Origin: Candidatus Woesearchaeota archaeon
Lineage (GTDB): Archaea; Nanobdellota; Nanobdellia; Woesearchaeales; ARS49
Assembly: GCA_038868995.1 (NCBI GenBank)
Contig: JAWCRZ010000002.1
Location: 24,726 to 88,725 of the forward strand
Length of the DNA: 64,000 bases
Reading direction: 5' to 3'
This document shows positions 26,176 through 35,200 of the stretch, one piece after another. The notes under the pieces were generated by a model that was not told the DNA's origin, did no database searches, and was given only the letters and a program-made list of their open reading frames with translations. A program made the translations under genes and the position numbers. How positions within the stretch are numbered: the first letter of the stretch is position 1; each line of letters opens with the position of its first letter.

Positions 26176-26787
26176 TTGACATCCCTCGCCATTAATGGAA
26201 ATGCTTTTAAAAATTTCCATCTATTTCTTGTCAAGTTGTGCAAAAAGATTGTGGAAAATAGAGTAACGAATATAATGGTTGTGTTCTGTGCTTTGATTGT
26301 TGTTATTGGCATTGTTCTCGTTTTGTTTTACAAGGGTAATATTACGGGCTTTCCAGTTGTCGAAGGGGATGTTTCTTCAATAGCTGCTTCTGGGATTACT
26401 GAGTTGGGCGTTATTGTCAATAATGCACTGCTGGATGCTGGAATGAATTATTCCGGAACCCTGCTGTTGTGATTACTGATGCCGGCGTGCCTTTGATTGA
26501 GTTTAATTTTGACTTTGATACAGGCGTGTTGAAGCTGGGTCAGGTTGTTGTCAAGGAATAGGCGCGCTGGCTGTTGCAGCATTCCAGGTTCAAAGACCTT
26601 CTACATAGAGCAGAATTTTATGGACGCTGTTTGCGTTCGTGATGTTGAGACAAGCACGGTTGGTGCATTGTCTGATGATTGCTCTTCTCCTCTTGAATTT
26701 GTTCTTTTGTGCGATGGCTCAACCATTGATGGTTATTATTGTGTTCCTGATGGTGAGAAATTTGTTGTTGGCGGCTTGATAATTTGA
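26176..26787 (+). pseudogene. probable frameshifted remnant of a small secreted/Cys-containing protein gene
   Basis: Three consecutive short ORF pieces in different frames (26176..26472, ~26462..26560, 26545..26787) with no intervening gene. The first piece has a hydrophobic N-terminus, the last is Cys/Asp-rich. Confidence 0.3.
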
Positions 26788-26792
26788 AAACT

Positions 26793-27599
26793 TTAGTGTC
26801 TGCTTATGTGCGATACGTTTACAGTTATTTCTTTTTCTCCGTTTTCTATTTTTCTTATGTTTTCAGGATTATAGAAAACAAGAAAATCAATATTGTCCAT
26901 TGAATAATTGTTTTTGTAGCTCTTGATGCTGACCGATTTGCGTGCGTGTTGTGCCATCATTTCACGCAAACTATAAATGCTGAAGGCCACCATATCACGC
27001 GCCCATGCTTCTTCTCTTGTGTGTGGAATTACTCTGTTGCGCTTGTGGTGCTGGTATACTTCCGAGAGAACGCGGACTGCACGTCCCTCATCGTAGTGCT
27101 CTGTGAGTGCTGGTGCAACGTGCTGCAACCAGTAATCGTGTTCTGTTGCAAATTCGAGCGTATGCGACTTGATTGTTGCAGTCACGCTTTTTTTTATTGT
27201 ATCAACATCAATATGTGTTGTCTGGTAGCTTACTGGTTTGATTTTGATGGCTCCCATGCGCGGCGTGTATTTTCTGCCTATGTAAGATGCGGCGCGTGAA
27301 AGCTCGTCTGGAATGGTTATTTTGGTCAAATCTTTTGCTGCATAGAATCCTGGAAAATTTGTTTCCTGATCTTTTGATTGTGCTGTCTTGCCACTGATTA
27401 GCACTTCAGGCCCATAATCAGTTTGGGAAACCGTTATGACGCATTCTTTTGCATTTCCCAAAAGCCGGTCAACCAGCTGCTCGTCCAGCCATCCGTTAAG
27501 GTGCAGTTGTGCTGCGATGACTTCAAGCGGTATTGGTTTTTGGAGTTTTTGTACGACTCGTACTGGCATTCTTTTCCTGAGTCCTTCGAGCGTTTCCAT
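26793..27599 (-). CDS. hypothetical protein, 268 aa
   Basis: ORF with coding appearance. No motif recognised. Confidence 0.5.
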   Translation of the reverse strand: METLEGLRKRMPVRVVQKLQKPIPLEVIAAQLHLNGWLDEQLVDRLLGNAKECVITVSQTDYGPEVLISGKTAQSKDQETNFPGFYAAKDLTKITIPDELSRAASYIGRKYTPRMGAIKIKPVSYQTTHIDVDTIKKSVTATIKSHTLEFATEHDYWLQHVAPALTEHYDEGRAVRVLSEVYQHHKRNRVIPHTREEAWARDMVAFSIYSLREMMAQHARKSVSIKSYKNNYSMDNIDFLVFYNPENIRKIENGEKEITVNVSHISRH

Positions 27600-27655
27600 G
27601 AAGGTGTAATTGCATTTGTCATATATAAACTTTTTGAAATTTTAATGACTTTGTA

Positions 27656-28276
27656 GTGACAACTAAACTATTATTTTCTATATCGAAACAAACCAAAATA
27701 TTAATAAACTGCCATCCACCGACTATTCAAATGCACAAAAAGAGGACTCATCATTACAAATCTCCAATAAAAGAATCCATAAAATTCCCATTTCGCGCAA
27801 TGCGCAGAATCTGGATGTATTACTGGAATTTTATACCAATACTCGGTTGGATTTTTCTTGGTAAATACACCATGGATGTCATTAATTCAAAGCACGAGCT
27901 TCCAAAATGGAAGATTGACTGGAAGCGTGGCTTTCTGTTTGCGCTTGCCTCTGCTGCCTGGTCCGTTGTCATTTATGTTCTTGGCTACTTGGACTACGGC
28001 TGGATTCCGGCGCTTTACATCAGTTTCAACCTGCCTGTTATGCTTGCCGCGTACGCATTAAGCGATGATGTCACGGACGCTTACAATATTATTGGCTCTA
28101 CAAAACTTATCCTGAGAAACTTCAAGTTGTTCCTGCTTCTCTGGTGGCGTGTTATCGTGACAATTTTGTTCTATATTGTCTGCACGATTCCAATAGTAAC
28201 TGCGATTGTCACTATTCCAGCCGCTTATTTCACTAACTGGTATCTGATTGCTCGTTTTTTAGAGGAAGCGCGTTGA
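27656..28276 (+). CDS. integral membrane protein (4-5 TM), hypothetical
   Basis: Hydrophobic ORF. The true start may be an internal ATG (MRRIWMYYWNF...). Confidence 0.5.
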   Translation: MTTKLLFSISKQTKILINCHPPTIQMHKKRTHHYKSPIKESIKFPFRAMRRIWMYYWNFIPILGWIFLGKYTMDVINSKHELPKWKIDWKRGFLFALASAAWSVVIYVLGYLDYGWIPALYISFNLPVMLAAYALSDDVTDAYNIIGSTKLILRNFKLFLLLWWRVIVTILFYIVCTIPIVTAIVTIPAAYFTNWYLIARFLEEAR

Positions 28277-28450
28277 TTTATTACATAAAATCTGTAAAAG
28301 TTTGTCTTTTGTTTTAATTGGAAAAATTGGTTTTGTCGTGGCAATTGCATTACCTTCTTATCTCCAGAATCCGAAAATTTACTGATTTCTATATGTTTAT
28401 CTGGTAAGATGGCAATTCTTAAATTTAACGGAAGGTTAAAATAACATAAA

Positions 28451-29014
28451 ATGGTGCCAAGATTGATGAAATCAATCATTATGCTTCACGGCTTGCCAGG
28501 AACTGGAAAGTCCTTTATCGCTCAGAAGATTGCATCTTATTTTGATAATTCTGTTGTTCTGAAGACCGTACATTTTCGCGAGAATCTTGCAGATTCCTCT
28601 GCGGCGCGTTTTGACGAGACAAGGCCTGAAACTCGTGAGGAGAAGGACAGGACTTATCGGCAGTTGGTGGAATCAGCCCGGCAAGCGCTGGCTGCTGGAA
28701 AGGTGCCGGTTCTTGATGCAACGTTTCATAAGAAGTACAGGCGTGAATGGGTTTACGGGCTTGCTAAAGAGACGGGTGCCAATCTTGCCGTAATTTCTGT
28801 TGATTGCAATGCAGATGTTGTATTTGAGCGCTTGAAACGGCGTGAAGCGCAAATGAACGAGGATGCTTTCCTGAAATCGCGGGAGGCTTTTGAGATTATG
28901 AAACGGCAAGCCGAGCCTTTGGGAGAGGAAGTTGTGAATATCATGCGTATAAACACAGCACACTATGTTGATTTTAAGGAGTTGGTCGCATGGCTGAAGA
29001 ATATTTTATTGTGA
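28451..29014 (+). CDS. P-loop kinase (AAA_33 / polynucleotide-kinase-like nucleotide kinase family)
   Basis: Walker A LHGLPGTGKSF, Walker B-like VLDATF, about 185 aa. Family-level call only. Confidence 0.6.
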   Translation: MVPRLMKSIIMLHGLPGTGKSFIAQKIASYFDNSVVLKTVHFRENLADSSAARFDETRPETREEKDRTYRQLVESARQALAAGKVPVLDATFHKKYRREWVYGLAKETGANLAVISVDCNADVVFERLKRREAQMNEDAFLKSREAFEIMKRQAEPLGEEVVNIMRINTAHYVDFKELVAWLKNILL

Positions 29015-29697
29015 GCTTTGATTTTGATGGTGTTCTGGCGCAGGGTTATAAAGTTAAAATGAAATATGCAAAGGAGTGGTTTGGTGTTGATTTGTCGCTT
29101 GACCAGACAAAGAAGAAAGGTCTTGAGGGTCTTATGAAGAATCTTGGCAAGAATATAAAGTACAGGGACCTTATGGACCCATTGAATGAGCATCACATAA
29201 TGGAATACGAGGTTCCAGCAGGTTGCATTGACGCATTGTCCCAGCTTTATTCGCAAAATTACAGGTTTGTTGTGATTAGTTCACGGAATGATCACAATTA
29301 TCCATACGCTCTTAAGTTTATTAAAGAAAAGTTTGGAGGATTAATCAAATATGGTCACTATACAAGAAATGAGCCGAAAGGCAGGTTTGTTAAGCGTCTG
29401 AAGCCTCGTGTTCACGTCGATGATGATATTAGCAAGCTTATTGAACTTTTTGAATGCCCTGTGGAACTTGTTTATTTTCGCCAGCCAGAAAATTCTGGTC
29501 AAGAAATTCCTGCCTTACATAAAAACAGGATTTGGCAAGCAGAATCCTTTGCCGATGTTAAAGTAATTGTTGAACGCATTAAATATTTGCATTCAGCAAT
29601 TTGCAGGAAAGAAAATATTCAGAATAAGTGGACCAATGTTGAAAGAATCTTTAAAGTTCTGCATTCATTATCTCCGAGCGAAATCAATGAACTTTGA
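28990..29697 (+). CDS. HAD-superfamily phosphatase (5'(3')-deoxyribonucleotidase NT5C-like)
   Basis: HAD motif I FDFDGVLAQG (DxDG[VT]), motif II SSR, C-terminal VHVDDD (motif IV). Overlaps the kinase gene by 25 nt. Confidence 0.6.
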   Translation: MAEEYFIVSFDFDGVLAQGYKVKMKYAKEWFGVDLSLDQTKKKGLEGLMKNLGKNIKYRDLMDPLNEHHIMEYEVPAGCIDALSQLYSQNYRFVVISSRNDHNYPYALKFIKEKFGGLIKYGHYTRNEPKGRFVKRLKPRVHVDDDISKLIELFECPVELVYFRQPENSGQEIPALHKNRIWQAESFADVKVIVERIKYLHSAICRKENIQNKWTNVERIFKVLHSLSPSEINEL

Positions 29698-29766
29698 AAA
29701 AAGCATAATTTGTCTTGTCAGCATAAACCTTTTATACCGTGCTTTGTAATTTCTTAAAAACAACTC

Positions 29767-29840
29767 GGGGTTGTGATCTAACTTGGTTATGATGCATGGT
29801 TTGGGACCATGTCGTCCCGGTTCAAATCCGGGCAGCCCCA
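29767..29840 (+). tRNA. tRNA-Pro (anticodon UGG), intron-less; CCA not encoded
   Basis: Acceptor GGGGTTG/CAGCCCC (one G-U). D-arm ATC-...GG...-GAT. Anticodon stem CATGG/CCATG with loop TTTGGGA. T-arm CCCGG-TTCAAAT-CCGGG. Discriminator A. Confidence 0.85.
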
Positions 29841-30188
29841 TTTGTAAATGTCGGAGGCCCTTGCATGTAACAGTTCGGGGATTTGAACCTTGGTTCATGT
29901 CGGAAAGTTGAAAGAGTGATATTATGTTACTTCGGCTTTCCGAGCAACTTGAGAACTTGTAGTATCGTGATATAATTTTGAGCGAGTTCTCAAGTAATCC
30001 AAGCGCCATATTGCCCATTTTTCAGGTTTTGTCAAGTGTTTTTGGTTGCGTTGGAAAGTTCAAGCGACCCGCCATTCTTTTCTCTTGCTATGGAATAAAA
30101 TTGAACCTTGCAAAGTGAGACCCGCAGTGAACTATTCAATATTTGGTTGGAAATATTTATATACAGTATGATTAATATTTTGTTAAAA

Positions 30189-30947
30189 ATGAGGGGATTC
30201 GTATTGCTGGTGGCGTTGTTGTTTTTGCCTGTTGTTCACGCGCAGGTCTATCCGCCCTGCAATTATGATTCTGACTGCGAGTCGGGTTATTACTGTATTA
30301 ATAATCAGTGCAGGGAGCCCTGCCAGAGCGATGATGATTGTGATTCTCCTGCTACCTGCCAGCCGGATGGTTATTGCGGAGCTAATTTTATTGAGTGTGG
30401 CAATGGTGATATTGATCCCCCTGAAGAGTGTGATGACGGCAATAATGATGATGGCGACGGCTGTTCTGCCAATTGCATTAGGGAAAAAGACAGTGCTTTT
30501 GTCTTGTTTGACCTCGCTCAGGTTCATAACTTGTTTTTCATCAAGGTTATGGATTTGTTGCATATTGTTAAGGATGCTTTGTTCCAGTTGGAGGTTAAGA
30601 TTGTTGCCATTCAGCTCGCAAGCAATCCGTGCAATGAGCAACCGGTTATTTTCTGGTTCCCTTCCGGTTCTGGTCCTGGGCATAATCCGTATGGCAAGCT
30701 GAATGAGATTGACTGGATTATTAAATCTTTTATTCACACAATGGAGGGCGGCTTGTCAGCTAATGCGAACATGTGGAATGGCATTAGCAGTTCTGAGATT
30801 GATGCTGCTAAAGACATGCTTGCGCTTGCTGATGCTGCTATTGCCGAAGGGAATTTCCGTGAGGCATTTGAGTGCAAGTGTCTTGCTTTGAAGAAGATTA
30901 ACAACATTGAGGACACGACTGTTTCGTGCAATGGTGCTGAGGTTTGA
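30189..30947 (+). CDS. secreted cysteine-rich protein with Myxococcus-type Cys-rich repeat (TIGR02232-like)
   Basis: Signal MRGFVLLVALLFLPVVHA. CNYDSDCESGYYCINNQCREPCQSDDDCDSPATCQPDGYCG. IECGNGDIDPPEECDDGNNDDGDGCSANC. Confidence 0.65.
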   Translation: MRGFVLLVALLFLPVVHAQVYPPCNYDSDCESGYYCINNQCREPCQSDDDCDSPATCQPDGYCGANFIECGNGDIDPPEECDDGNNDDGDGCSANCIREKDSAFVLFDLAQVHNLFFIKVMDLLHIVKDALFQLEVKIVAIQLASNPCNEQPVIFWFPSGSGPGHNPYGKLNEIDWIIKSFIHTMEGGLSANANMWNGISSSEIDAAKDMLALADAAIAEGNFREAFECKCLALKKINNIEDTTVSCNGAEV

Positions 30948-30957
30948 GGTGATAATT

Positions 30958-32274
30958 ATGAAATGGTTGTTTTTTTTGTTGGTGTTGAGCGTTGGTGTCA
31001 GCGCGGTTGTTAATGGTAATGATTTGCCAGTGAATCTTAATAAGATTGAATGCTCTCAATGGATTACGGGAACTACAGGGCTGAATCCTAATTATCTTCA
31101 GTATTTCTTGGAGAAGCGTCTTATTTTGTTTGGCAGTGAAGATTTAATTTTCCCTATTATAAATGCTGTTGCGTGTGACGCCACTGTCAACAGGCATTTT
31201 TTCGAGGTTAATGGTATTTTTGCAAATTGTGGTCCTGTTGAGGAGGGAAGTACGTATTTCCCTGATAACCCTTGCGCGTGTACTTTGACGAGTTCTTTGT
31301 CCCTTGAAGGCAACGATCCCAATTTGCTTGTCCATTTGACCAAGGAGGACAGGGAGATTATTCTTCCTAATGCTTGGGCTAGATTAAAAGTCGCGATGGA
31401 TTGCCTTATTGAAAATTATTCGCCTGAAGACGATGAGCCGGTGATTGTTGGTTCTGCCACTTGGTTTAATGATGTAAAGCCCTGTTATGTGAGTGCTATT
31501 AATATCTTGGGAATGTTGGAGAATATTTACAGCCGTACTCCTGAAGCGTTTTTCCTTGTGCAGAAATTGCAGGAGCTTGAGGTCGAGCTGATGCACAAGC
31601 TTGCTTTAGAGGACCAGAAGGCCAAGGCTGCTTGGATAGTTCTTCCGAACACATGCAATGTGTTTCCCATCAATGCTCATACTTCCGAAGGCATTTTGAA
31701 GAAGAACATATTCCTGAGTCCTAATGCGGCTATGACTTTCTGGAATGCTGTTTGGGGAAACTGTGGAGGAATAGGAAATTCTTTTGTTCAGTCGCAGATG
31801 GAGTGTTTTGAGCAGCATAAGATTGATATTTTGAATAATGCTTTGAAAGTTGTCTGCGACCCGCTTGATGGAGAAGAAGGTGATATTGAGGAAGTGTTCT
31901 TTTTGAGCCCGTTATTGTTAGGCAATTGTAATAACGCTGTAACAGACATGGAATGCCGGTGCAAGGATGCCTTTATCTCAGCCGCGTTGAATATTGACCA
32001 GTGCTTTAGTGATGGCGACTGTCCTGGTGGTGGTATAGATACAGATGCTGCAAGCTTGAACAGTATTAACACTTTGCAAAGTAATGGCTGCTTGCAATGC
32101 CTGGAAAGAAGTAATGCGCACGGTGGTGGTACGACATTTACTGGTTCTGGAAGTAGCGACTCGCCTACCGGCGCTTTTGCTTTTAGAGCTTCTGGGAATG
32201 GCGGCGCTTTTGCTTTGGTCTTGGCTGCTGCGTTGTTGTTTGCAGCATTGTTATTCATTTTGAGAAAGCGCTGA
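30958..32274 (+). CDS. secreted protein with C-terminal TM anchor and basic tail (439 aa)
   Basis: SD-like gaggtga upstream of the ATG. Signal MKWLFFLLVLSVGVSA. Many Cys residues. C-terminus ...GNGGAFALVLAAALLFAALLFILRKR (a PGF-CTERM/archaeosortase-like tripartite tail). Confidence 0.65.
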   Translation: MKWLFFLLVLSVGVSAVVNGNDLPVNLNKIECSQWITGTTGLNPNYLQYFLEKRLILFGSEDLIFPIINAVACDATVNRHFFEVNGIFANCGPVEEGSTYFPDNPCACTLTSSLSLEGNDPNLLVHLTKEDREIILPNAWARLKVAMDCLIENYSPEDDEPVIVGSATWFNDVKPCYVSAINILGMLENIYSRTPEAFFLVQKLQELEVELMHKLALEDQKAKAAWIVLPNTCNVFPINAHTSEGILKKNIFLSPNAAMTFWNAVWGNCGGIGNSFVQSQMECFEQHKIDILNNALKVVCDPLDGEEGDIEEVFFLSPLLLGNCNNAVTDMECRCKDAFISAALNIDQCFSDGDCPGGGIDTDAASLNSINTLQSNGCLQCLERSNAHGGGTTFTGSGSSDSPTGAFAFRASGNGGAFALVLAAALLFAALLFILRKR

Positions 32275-35200
32275 TTTTCTTTTTTCAAGTTCTTTTTTCA
32301 GTTCTTCATTTTTGATTTTATCGCACAGTTCTATCCAATCTTCGTATAATGCATGAATTAATGGTTCATCTATTTGTTTTAGAAGGTTTTCCGCTTCTTG
32401 GTATAATTCCATTGCTTTTTGATAATCTTTGGTGTGCACGTATGTTCTTCCCAGTCCAAAACGCGCGGTTCCTCTTAGCTCTGTATGCCTTAATCTGTCG
32501 GCTATTTTTATGGCTTTTTCTGCTGCTTGTTTTGCTTGTAGGATTTCTCCTTTTTTAATCAGTGCATCGGCAAGATTGTTGTAAGCCAGTCCTAAAATGT
32601 AGCTGTCTCCGAGTGGTTCTGATAAAGCAATGGCTTCTTGTATTGTTTTTATTTTTTCTTCTCCTTTGAATTCCATTCCTGCGTTTACTTTGATAAGGCT
32701 TTCCAAATATTTGTTGCCTGTTTTTTTTGCAAGCACAACACCTGCTTCGTAATGAGGTTTTGACTTTTCTAAATCATTCAAATAAAGTAAAAAGGAGTTT
32801 ACGTGTAGTTTCAGCTGCAATTCATCTTTCAAACTTTCTGGCAGTTCATTTGAAATCTGAAATCCTGCTTCAAATGCTTGCAGTGCTTTTTGGTTTTTTC
32901 TTAAGCGTTGGTACGCAAGTCCTTTCGCGTTTTGCGCCAGCCCGTATATGTATTTGTGTTGTGTTGTCGGTGTTGTTATTTTGTTTATTCTTTGTTCAAG
33001 TTTTTCTCCATATGTTAATCCTGTTTTGTTTTGTTGGTTGTCCGTGAACCATTTTTGCGCTTTCCAGAGGTATTCTGTTGCTTTGTCGTCGTCATCTCCG
33101 TGTTCGTAGTCCCATGCGAGTGCTGTCAGTTGGTCTTCTCCGTCTCCGTATAGTTTTTTTCTGCTGTCGCCTATTTTTGTATGCGCCCGCGCCCTTGGTA
33201 TCGGCCTTATTGCTGTTTCGTATATTGCGTTTTTGACAAGGTTGTGCTTGAATTCTATTGTTCCGTTGTGTGTTCTTAGAAAGTCGGCTTTTTCCAGCGC
33301 GTGTATTGCATGGTCGATTTCTCCTTGTGCTTTGCCGAGTGCTTCTTCAAGCAGTCGTTTTGGGAATGTTTCTCCGAACATGCACGCTGCGTACTGCAGC
33401 ACTTCCTGTTGTTCCGGCTCTTTGATTTGTCTGTACCTTTCGAGCACGAGTTTTTCTATGCTGTCAGGTATGGTTATCTCGGCTGTTTTTATGAGCGTGC
33501 CGTTTTGTATGAACTGGTTGTTTAGGAGGTAGTTTACCACTTCTTCTATGTACAGCGGTATTCCTTTGCTTTGCTGGAGGACGAACCGGGCGAGTTTCTC
33601 GTCCGGGACTGCATTAATAAGGTGTTCTGTGAGTTGTGTTGTGCCTTGTTCGCTGAGTTCTCCGAGTTCTATTTTTTCCCCTGTTAGTATCTGTTCCGCT
33701 ATTTCCCTGAATTCTTTGTCTTTTGTTTTTTCTCTTGGCCTGTAGTTGGTGAGAATTCGCGCTTGCGGTAGTTGTTCGTGGAGCCATTGTATTGTTTGCA
33801 AGCTTTTTTCGTCTGCCCAGTGTATGTCGTTGAATATGAGCAAACTTTTTTCCTGTCCGATTAGCTCCAGCAGGAGTTTTCTCCTGGCTTCTTCGAGTTG
33901 TTTTCCTGTCTGGACTGGTTTTTCATAGCTGAGTCCGAGCCAGTGGTGGGCTATTCTTCTGTTTTCTTCATCTGTTATTTTTTCAAGTTTTTTTCTTGTT
34001 TCCGGGTCTGCTGTTGTTATGCCTAAAGCGTTTCTTACAAGGTCCTGGAGCAGGTATTCTGGAGTGTCTTTTGCCTGTTGTGCTGCTGATGCTCTGTAGA
34101 CGTTTTTGTTGATGTTTTGTATGTAGATTTCTTCTGTTTTTTTGGTCAGCTCTGTTTTTCCGTATCCCGCGTCTGCTATGATGTGCGCTATTTTTGATTC
34201 CTGGTTGATTATTTCTGTTAGTTTTTTTATCTCATTATCTCTGCCTACGAGCGTCTTCTTGGTTGCCCGTTTGGTTAGCCCTTTCGCCGGCTTTATTGGC
34301 CTGTAGACAGCTACCGGCTCTTCTATGCCTTTGAAGGGCATTTTGCCGATGTATTCCGCTCCTTCCGGTATTGTCATCAGCACCTGTTCATCGTCATCTA
34401 TTGCTTTTTTCATGAGCCGCGCTGCAAGGTTGACGTGATTGCCAAGCATTGTGAACGTTCTTCTTTGCCTTGTGCCTAGTGGCCCGACGTATACTTCACC
34501 GTGTGCCACTCCGATTCTGGGGCTTTTGTATTCGAGTTCTGCTTCTTCCAATAGTTCTTTTAGGTGTTCGTTTTGCCTTAGCCATTTGTCGAGCTGTACT
34601 GCTGTTTCTCTTGCTGCTTCGTAATGCTCGTGTTTTTCTCCTGCGTAGTCCACCCTGCTTCTGAAGCGCGCTATGAAGACCGTGCGGTACAGCTTGTCAA
34701 TTTCTCCGTTGAATTGTTTTTCAAGCTCTCTTAGTGTTTCAAAGTGTGTTTGGTATGCCTCGGTCAGTTTTTGCGGGTCTTCTTCGTGGTGTCTTGCCAA
34801 GCTCCTTAGCGTTGGGAGGTATCCGAACATGAGTGTTGCGTGTTCCATGCCTCCTGTTGTTTGGGTGAAGATTATTTCTCTTGTAAGTGGCGGGAAGAAT
34901 CCAAGCAGGTGCTTTATGCGAGCTTCGAGTTTTGGTATTTGTTCTTCATACCATTTTTTGTTTTCCGGGTGTTGTAGTGGCTGCGGTTGTTTTGTCGTTA
35001 CGCAAACGGGTGCTTCTTGGCTCAACTCGTATGTGTGTTCTGCAACCCGTCTGAATTGCAAAGACGGATCTTCAATGATTTGTCTCGTTGTTTCGTCAAT
35101 CCAGATTTTTCCCGGCTTTGATTCCTCCTCAAGTTTGTATGCGTGCTCCAGCGCTGGCCCTCCTACGACGTTTATTCTGCGCTGTCCGTCTTCCACCACG

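Noticed and set aside
29668-30018. Minus-strand 116-aa ORF covering tRNA-Pro
   Set aside because: It overlaps a high-confidence tRNA and the structured downstream spacer. No coding signature.
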